From Podarcis pityusensis (lineage: Eukaryota): a stretch of 64,000 nucleotides of DNA. Shown here piece by piece: positions 55,711 through 64,000 of the stretch. The stretch lies in the NCBI GenBank assembly GCA_964106645.2, contig OZ067043.1. One strand, written 5' to 3'. The notes under the pieces were generated by a model, which was not told the DNA's origin, did not search any database, and saw only the letters and a list, made by a program, of their open reading frames with translations. The translations under genes were made by a program, and so were the position numbers. Positions within the stretch are counted from its first letter, which is position 1. The number at the start of each line of letters is the position of its first letter.

Positions 55711-56681
55711 AAAAATATATGGGTCAAACCATCGCAAGATGTGCTGAAATTTTGGGAGGTTGGGTAGTTACAATGGAATGGTCTTGTGGGTGGAGTGCTC
55801 ATTTTTATTTATTTATTATTATTACTTTGTCAAAATAAAAAATAAAATTATCTTTCTATCTGAGGGCGCCCCAAGTGGGAGGAAGAATGCTCTACAGGAT
55901 AGCCTATCCAAATATTGTTCATATTAAAATAAAAAACATTTTTCACATATTATCTTTTCCTTTTCAATTTCTGTGGCTCACCTTATTTTTAACAGAAGCA
56001 GAAAATGAGGACATAAAAACCACATATTCCACAGCCTGATAATTCTCTTGCTTATTGGTGCTTCTCCCGCTCCATCATTCTGGGTTCTTCATCATAAATT
56101 ATATTTCTCAAACGTGGTAAGAGAGAGTTTGTGTAGACAATTCTATCCTGTCCTGCTATTTTGTCACTTTTTGTAAGTATAAATTCTTCTTTTAATACTT
56201 CGTAGCTGTTGATTTTTATAAATATATATATATAAACCCAAGCTGATTGACAGGCATGCTTTTGGTTTCCACGCCACTCTCCCCAAAGGAACAGCTGGGA
56301 TGCCAGTGAGGGAGGAGGCTATGCCAAGGAACACAGGGAGGGGACAGACACTCTGCGTCTGTCCGAGATGGGAAGAGCTGGGAGGGAAGCATCAGAGGCA
56401 GAATCCAAACCATTCCAGGCTGTTTGGGAGGCAAGGCACCAGGAGTCATGCTGAGCTCTGCTGATCTTGACTAGGCCACCCAGGAGAGAAACCACACGTA
56501 CAACCAGAATGTAGAGGAAGGGTGGGGAACACATTCAGGCCAAACTTTGAAGCCACAGGCGAAGATGGATCCCAAAAATTAGAGGAGTCCTTCATCAGAC
56601 GGTCTTTAAGTACAAAGCCTCTTTTTAAACAAGTGCCAGGAGATGGTTTTGTGCCATGTGATGGCCAGGACAGAAATATGC

Positions 56682-56712
<31 letters not shown>
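56682..56712. repeat. (AG)n microsatellite
   Basis: Direct inspection. Confidence 0.9.
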
Positions 56713-59409
56713 CCCTCTCAACAACCTTGTTCTTGTCACTGCCCAGGATGAGTGATAGTAGGAAGTGGACACTGGGAGCCTTATTTATTTATTAACAACG
56801 TTCAGAGCTGAAATGACAGTACATCTGCAAGTGTTGTGAAGAAGGGAAGAGAGGGAGATATTCCTTGTAATTAGGGTTAATTTGGAACAGGACAATCTGA
56901 AGCTTCAAAGGGGAATGAGGAAGCCTCAAATTCCAACACCCTAATTAACCAGGGAGCAACATGAAAAGACAAGGCAAAATGAGAGAAGCTGCCAAGTATG
57001 CTTTACATGGGGCACTCTCTTGTCTGATGGGGAGGGCGTTAAACTTAGGTACTGTCACTCTATGTGCCACAGCCTCCCCCCCTCAGCTGCTCCTGCTTAA
57101 CCCCCCTCCCCTCCACTGAGAGAGCAGCATTGTTTGATACAAAGTTGGGGGAGGGGATTCTGGGCTACAGCGAGGTAGCAACAGTGAGCATGTTAATGAG
57201 GAGCCCTATGCAAATTCTTTTTTACTCCAATTAACAAAGGAAGCCCTCTCCTTTTTCATGCAAAGGGTCCCTCTCCCTCCTGATCAAACTCCCAATTGTA
57301 CTGCTGCTTTGGCTTTGAGTATTAGATTGGATTATCCCTCATTCCACCCCACATGCATTGAACACGTACACACCTCAGATATGCTATATCTCATTCTCAC
57401 AGCCTCCCCAGGAGCATTGAAATATCTCCAGAACAGCAGGGATGAAAACACTGGACCACATCCTTGTAAACATTAGGGTCTTCTTGTACTCAAGATTCCC
57501 AGGTTTCTTTAAGGAGAGGCTGCAAGCTCCATCCCATCAGTTGGCCCTTGCACTGTGTGGGGTCCGACAGACTTACACTGCCCCATCTTGCTAGACAAGC
57601 CAACTGCGTAGGACACTCCTCCCCTAGCAGGGCCTCTTTGGCTCAGAGGATGCCTCACAGCATGCTCCCAGAAACACTCCCTGTCTCCCCACAGCAGCAG
57701 AGCTGGGTACCAACAAGGGCAGCCGAAAAAGCAGAATTGGTTGGGAGCCAAGTGGAGAGATGCCCAGTAACCCAGAGCTGGCTGATCTAGGAACATCCCC
57801 ACAGCACGTCCGGCAGGACTTGTGTCTAAAGGGCCTAGCCAATTTGCTTTTGCAAGCCTAGTGCAAGAGCATGCCTGGAAGTACCAGTGCCAACAGGGCA
57901 CTGGAGCAGAGCTTCATAGCGAGGTTATTCTGTGGAAGACTTTATTTCCTGCCACCCTTTCTCTTTCCTGAGAAGCCACTCCAAGCCACACCCTGGGATT
58001 CACTATGACATCCTAGTCCTAGTAGATTCCAGAGTGCCGCTTCAGCCTGGCTACATGGTCAGCTGCCCTCAAGGCAAGGGTCATCTCTTAACACAGCTGA
58101 GAAATGGGTAGCTATGTAACTGAGGAGCAGGGGAGATCAATTACCTGGTGTTGACAAAAGCAACTTATCTCAGTCCTGCGTTGCACATGCTGACACCGTC
58201 TCTCCCTTTTCTCTCCCCCTAGGTTCAGCAGAGCCACTTCCCAGGCAGTGGAACAGGCCTTCAGAATTATCCCCATAATTACAGGCTCTTGGATAAATTG
58301 CTGGGCTGGGCACCTCCTCCCTCCCAGCTGGGCCACCCAAATGCAGCCCCCTGCTCTGTTTCCACACCAGCTGGGAGGCCCAAGAGGGCTTCAATTAAAA
58401 GAGACAGGATAGGGCTCTCCTCTTAAGGGCCCACCTGGCTTGAGAAAATGTGCGGACAATAAACTCCCCCCCCCAAAAGAAAACTCCAACTCTCTTCTAG
58501 GGTAAAACCTCCTCTCAACCAATTTAGCGCTACCATACTGGAGTAATCTGTTATTAAAGCTTCATAGTTATTATTATGGATATTTATGGTAGAAGGCAGA
58601 GATCCAGCACCAAACACAAAAAAGTAAGAGATAATTTCTTGCCTCAAAGAACTGAAATTTTGGTCTGACTGGGCAAGAGGAAAGTCAGGCCCACAGAAGG
58701 AAAGGGACTGGAATTTCTCCAGCCCCACAGCAGGGGCTAAGAAGGGAACAAAACCCTTATGCCCATAGCACCTGTGGGAAAACATCACCCCATAGACTGA
58801 ACAGAAAGAGTAAGGGTGGCAAGTGAGCAGCAGACAAAGCTCTTGAGAGAATCCCTTCTCAGAGCCTTCGAAGACATTAAAAAGCCCAGCTTTTATTCAA
58901 AGCAGGATGCAATAACACAATATCCTGTCTCCAAAGCAATTCATAGTAGTTTTGCTGTGGACATAGTTTTGTTGAAGGAGGTGACTCACCCACCACTTAG
59001 TAATAAATACATAAAGGCATCCTAAAGAGGGTGTTGCTGCAAAGGGGGTGTTCCTTGCTAACATGCTGGAGTAGTTAAAAGGGGGGGGGGCAGGGCCCAA
59101 GCATGTGGGCAGAAGTGGGACAGTGACTTTCCCCCTGGTGAAAACAGCAGCCGGGAGGTCAAGGCCACAGCAGGGACAAAGGATAAAAGGTCCTACCTTC
59201 ACACTGCTACCCCAAACAGGACACCCCACCCACAGGTAAAGAAAAGCACACACAAAAGCCACTTATATAGTTAACACAATGTCTTCGTTTGTGTCAAAGA
59301 GATATACACCCTTTTACATAAGATGCTCTCTCAAGAGCCACAACTTCCAGAGTTCCTATGTTCCTGCTGACATTTCCTGTGCACACTCAAGAGAATCCAA
59401 CACTGTTGT

Positions 59410-60160
59410 TGTTGTTTTAAAAATTATTTATACCATAGTTTTCAGTTATTCATCTACTTTAATTGTATACTCTTATGAAATTGCAGGTTATTACAATAAT
59501 CCTGCCAATGTCCTTATCTGTTTACAATTTGTTTGTAAATATTTAATAAACCATTTCCATTCTTTTATAAAAAGTTTGTTATCTTGATTTCTTATTTTTT
59601 CCAGTAAGTTTTGCCATGTCTGCAAAGTCCATAAGTTTTGGTATCCATTCTTCTTTCATCGACACTTCTTATTCTTTCCATTTTTGGTCAAATAACATTT
59701 TTGCTGCTGTAGTCGCATACATTAATAAATTTCTATACTATTTAGGTAGCTCTATCCCATGGATAGGCAAACTAAGGCCCCGGGGCTAGATCCAGCCCAA
59801 TCGCCTTCTAAATCCGGCCCGTGGGCGGTCCGGGAATCAGAGTGTTTTTACATGAGTAGAATGTATCCTTTTATTTAAAGCCTCTCTGGGTTATTTGTGG
59901 GGCATAGGAATTCGTTCATTTCTCCCCCCACCCCCAGAATATAGTCCGGCCCACCACATGGTCTGAGGGATGGTGGACCAGCCCATGGCTGAAAAAGGTT
60001 GCTGATCCCTGCTCTATCCCTATAATTTCCAGAATAAAAGCTTCTAGTTTTTTGTTTTTGTTTTTTTTTGAATGTTATTTTAAGCATCTTTTTCAATTCA
60101 TTATATATCATTTCCCAATAAGCTTTAACCTTAACTGCAAGACCACCACATACGATGGTC
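59410..60160 (-). mobile_element. L1-clade LINE ORF2 3' fragment, interrupted by a MITE
   Basis: Broken minus-strand frames give RMWWSC / KAYWEMIYNELKKMLKITF / LMYATTAAK..KWKE, typical of the C-terminus of non-mammalian L1 ORF2; A-rich on the minus strand. Confidence 0.7.
59758..60011. mobile_element. hAT (Charlie-like) MITE nested in the L1 fragment
   Basis: Perfect 8-bp TSD CTCTATCC at 59750-59757 and 60012-60019; imperfect TIRs CATGGATAGGCAAAC / GGTTGCTGATCCCTG; internal CGGCCC motifs. Confidence 0.85.
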
Positions 60161-63100
60161 TTTAAACATAAAATCCCAATAGACAAGAATCCAACACTTT
60201 TGGCATCTGACTGCCAGAAGGAGGGATGAACAAGCACTGTACCAACCAGGGACAGCAAGACAAGAGTGCTGCTTGATAGGATTTGCAGGTCTCAGAACAT
60301 ATGTCAGCAAACATATTAGGCCTCTAGCCTTCATAATGTGTAGAACTTACAGTAGGTCCATGACAAGGGAACACAGCGCCTATACAGCATTTAGTGTGAG
60401 ATACACCCCCCCACACACCCATATTGCCACATCTGGCTATAAACACAAATCAGGCAGCCACTAATAGAAAGAGCCTCCTTAGTTCCCATTATTTATGCTA
60501 ACATATTCCAATCAAGCCTCTAATTTTTCAAAATAGACAAAGCCTTTTGTGGGGGGTTGGGAGAAGAGGGAGGGAGCAGCAGAGAGGAAAGAAGACTCGT
60601 GTTACAAATTTGTACCAGACCCCGAGAAGTGACACACAGATACTTGATGGGGGCAGCCATTACAAGCACTATCCAATAGGTGTCTGTAACTCTCATGCCA
60701 TGTTGTTCTATCCAGTATTCACAACAGAAGGGGGGGGTCAAATATCATTTACTCAGCTAATACTGTAGCTTGAGCACTGGAAAAATGCAATATGCATGAA
60801 ACAGAAATGCTTCCTTGAGGAAAGCTGTCTGTTTCCCATATATAACAAATGAGTAACAGCAGTCTCCACAAATCCCATGTTTTCCAAGGAAGGGAAATTC
60901 CAACATTTGCCTCCCCTTCTCTCTTTATTTGTGGGAGTGGGGGTGGAGGGGGTAATTCACCAGAGTGAAAGGTGTGCAGAGGAACAGAAACTCAACCTTG
61001 AGTTAAAAAAGCATTTGTAACTGTTTCGAGGTTGAGGAAAATATACATGGTCACTTTCATCACAAGGGTTTTTTGTACACATGGGCAGGAAACCTACAGC
61101 AAGCCCACATAGGGCTGCTGTACTTCCTGGTCTGATTCACATGGGCTTCCAGAGAAGCCCTTCTTGGAGTACAGAACTGGGCAGTTTGAATGTTACTGGA
61201 GCTATCTAGGGAAATCAATTGCCTTGATTCCATGAGTAGGGCAACCCTATAATTTGCCCTGGATCGGGTGTAAGTATTAATAGCAAGTATTGGGCCAGAC
61301 CAAAAAAGGAAAGCACCTGGCATTAGCTTGTAGGGCAGAGAATAGACTCATGAGACCCTCCAGGGATGCAGTGATTAGAAAGCATTAAGAAACCTTTGTG
61401 TATTTAATCAACTGGACAAGAAGACCCTTCTCCATGCATAAAACTGGCTTCCACCTTCAGTCTGCCCTCTCCATTCAGTCTAGGCATTGTCACTACAAAT
61501 AACAATGGAACACAGAGTTTGTCTTTGCTCCTTGTATTAACACACATAATGTTCCTTTGCACCTAACAGGAGATATCAGAGGTCACCAAAGGAGAAGGGA
61601 CAAACAATCCAAGAGCATGCCAAAAGATCATCCAGATAAAGTGAGAGGATAGAAACTTGCCTCAGGAAGATTGTTAGGGTCCTGAAGGGTTATCCAAATG
61701 ATTAAAAAAAATCTCAGACATAGCCCTTTAGTACTATATTCACAGAAGTCATAATCCAGCAACAGTTGTGCAATATCCTGCTCAAACCTGTGACACCTGT
61801 GCAGCCACATAACATATTAACACTTCAAATTGCACCAGCCCTTCAAGCTAAGGAGATTTTCTCATTGAAACTACATTGTAGTTTGTGTTGGGAAAATAAA
61901 ATAACCCTGAAACAAAAGCACTTCCTTGATGGAAAACAACAACATCCTGAAGTACATGAGCAACAATTTACGGTACATTTACTGCTGAAAAAGATTCTGG
62001 ATTTGATTCATGAGACACAGGTGATATAGAGGAAAATCCTAAATTCTAGCTACTTGCAGAAATCAGAAGCTGGAGGAGAGGTTTCAGTACCTGAAGATGT
62101 GAACTATGTGGTTTCTGTACGGAAACTAAGGTACAACAAATCAATTTCACACAAGTACTGAATTGACACCCGTGATATTTACCTTGCATCCTTCTATCAG
62201 GAAGTGAAAAGCATTCTCTTCTCCCAATTATGAAGGCAGCAGTACTGCGCAAAGAGACTTAATATTTTTACTGAAAGCCACTTTAAGACACATAAAGAAA
62301 ATAAGGGTATAAATTCCTTAAATAAATAATAAAGTCCAACATTGCCTGCAAACAAGAGCAACAGATTACTTTTTAAATTTTCAACATTTAATGCATGAAA
62401 ACAGGGATAGTAGCTTTACATTGAGGCGGACCTGTTGCGACTTCAGCAGGTGGAAAGCTAGACATCAGCTGGGGCTCCACAGCAAAGACCCCACCACCCC
62501 AAAAGTGTCTTACCTAAGAGCTCCATAGATCTTGAGAGATGGAAGCTTAATGGTTTAAATAATTTCTATACTGTTTAGGTAGCACATGCTTAATATCAAT
62601 TGGAAAATGGAGGCTAAAACATGGATAAATATATGCCGTAGATGCCTCTTGACCATGCGTCCTCAGTATATTGTCCTTCATCCTGCCCTTACCCACTATC
62701 ACTGCTGGAGATACAGAAGGATCTCATTTCAGTTGGGCAGCTGAAGCCCCAGAATTTTAAGTGACTCACCCATGATCAGAAACCAAGAGACTAAATACAG
62801 TAGAGGACTTTTGACGTTTGAACTGCTTGTGTTAATTTAGCACACATCATCATCTTATACTGAGAAAATTGACATTGTCGTAAGATATCTGAGCATGACC
62901 CCATCGTGCTTCACTCAGCCACCTGAAGACAAAGGGCTCTGTCACCCACTGTGGCACCATTCCGTGCACTGTTTAGTATCCATATATGTTCAGTTCCTTA
63001 TTTCCAAGTAGCTGGATTCACTTTTTATACAAGATCACTTTTTGTACAAAACTTGCGCATACCAACTTACTTAAAAAAATTTTTTTTTCTATACTTATTG

Positions 63101-63759
63101 TAAAAAACAACCCACAGTTTTTAGATTGACTTGCCTAAGATCCAGGACAAAGCACCATCTAATTCAGCATCTCATTCTCATAGTGGCCAAGAAATCATTT
63201 GATTATCTACAGCTGAATGTGCAAAACTGCCTCACTATAAAAGTGCTTCCACATTCAAGGGAAAGTATTTATGATCTGTTCTATTTCATTACTTGAATGA
63301 GTCTTAAGTTGTGACTAGCTTTTGCTGATTGTGCCCACCATTTCTGAATTATAGTGAGAAGGCTCAGAAGCTCTGCCTGTGATGTCTGATCTGTAATGGT
63401 GGTTTCTGTCATTATGAACTTCTATTTGAACTTATAATTTAACAGTCTTCCCTTTCTGAAAAATAATATGGAGGAAGCACCCTCTTATGGGGGACATGTT
63501 AACACTGCACAGTAAGCTGATCCCTGTATTTCAAGTATCTTATAACCTCCATTTAAAATGCAAATCACAGACATTTAGGATAGGTAGAAGCTATGATGTT
63601 AGACATAAAAGTATGTGCAGCAGTAATTCTTGGTTGGCACTTTAAAATCGTTACTGTACCAGTGATGTTTCTGGTATTTTCATGGGATGGTGTGGCAGTA
63701 GCATTTGTATGCTAGATTTTTTTTATTGTTATTGGTATGTTTTATATTTTATATCATTA

Positions 63760-63970
63760 TAATAATTAATAATAATAATTTTGTTATGTACACCCCACCC
63801 ATCTGGATGGGTTCCCCCAGCCACTCTGGGTGGCTTACAACTTATCTAAAAACAGCAGTCCTTAAAACTTTCCCTAAACAGGGCTACCTTCAGAGGTCTT
63901 CTAAAGTCAAGATTGTTGTTTATTCCATTTACATCTGAAGGGAGGGTGTTACTACCGAGAAGGCCCTCTG
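63760..63970 (-). mobile_element. L2-like LINE 3' end
   Basis: Inverted homolog of 11200-11429 (CCCATCTGG..CCCCAGCCACTCTGGG..TTCCCTAAACAGGGC..GAGAAGGCCCTCTG). Confidence 0.75.
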
Positions 63971-64000
63971 CTTGTTTCATATTGCTTGTAAGCTGCTTTG

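Noticed and set aside
57650-57700. ECFWEH resembling Patched DCFWEG
   Set aside because: The true exon 5 is at 52113-52204, and flanking residues and splice sites do not match here.
53613-64000. PTCH2 exons 1-2
   Set aside because: No APLWLRA or ETNxExLWVE-like peptide found on the minus strand; these exons are presumed to lie outside the window.

Overview
Vertebrate genomic DNA, most likely from a squamate reptile (inferred from the repeats: BovB 3' end, Squam3-like tRNA SINE, lizard-type L2/CR1 tails, hAT and pogo-like MITEs). Most ORFs in the supplied track are spurious because the real genes are spliced. Three genes were rebuilt exon by exon by eye, with GT-AG boundaries and consistent phases. 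(1) The 5' end of UROD on the minus strand (exon 1 and part of exon 2). (2) A complete 21-exon HECTD3 on the plus strand (3366-18967, 2574 nt CDS, 857 aa), head-to-head with UROD. (3) PTCH2 on the minus strand, exons 3-23 (53612 down to the stop at 30410); exons 1-2 lie beyond the window. Notable points: PTCH2 is convergent with HECTD3 and EIF2B3 is absent between them, unlike human; an orphan CpG island at ~21.0-22.3 kb carries GLI-like, SOX-OCT, homeodomain, E-box and CTCF motifs plus candidate splice sites; PTCH2 keeps a PTCH1-like extra penultimate exon that human PTCH2 lacks; there are intronic GLI sites; and a young MITE sits in the branch-point region of a HECTD3 intron. No searches were run and homology calls rest on recalled human proteins. 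I found no evidence for a wholly new system; the orphan island is the best candidate for something undescribed.
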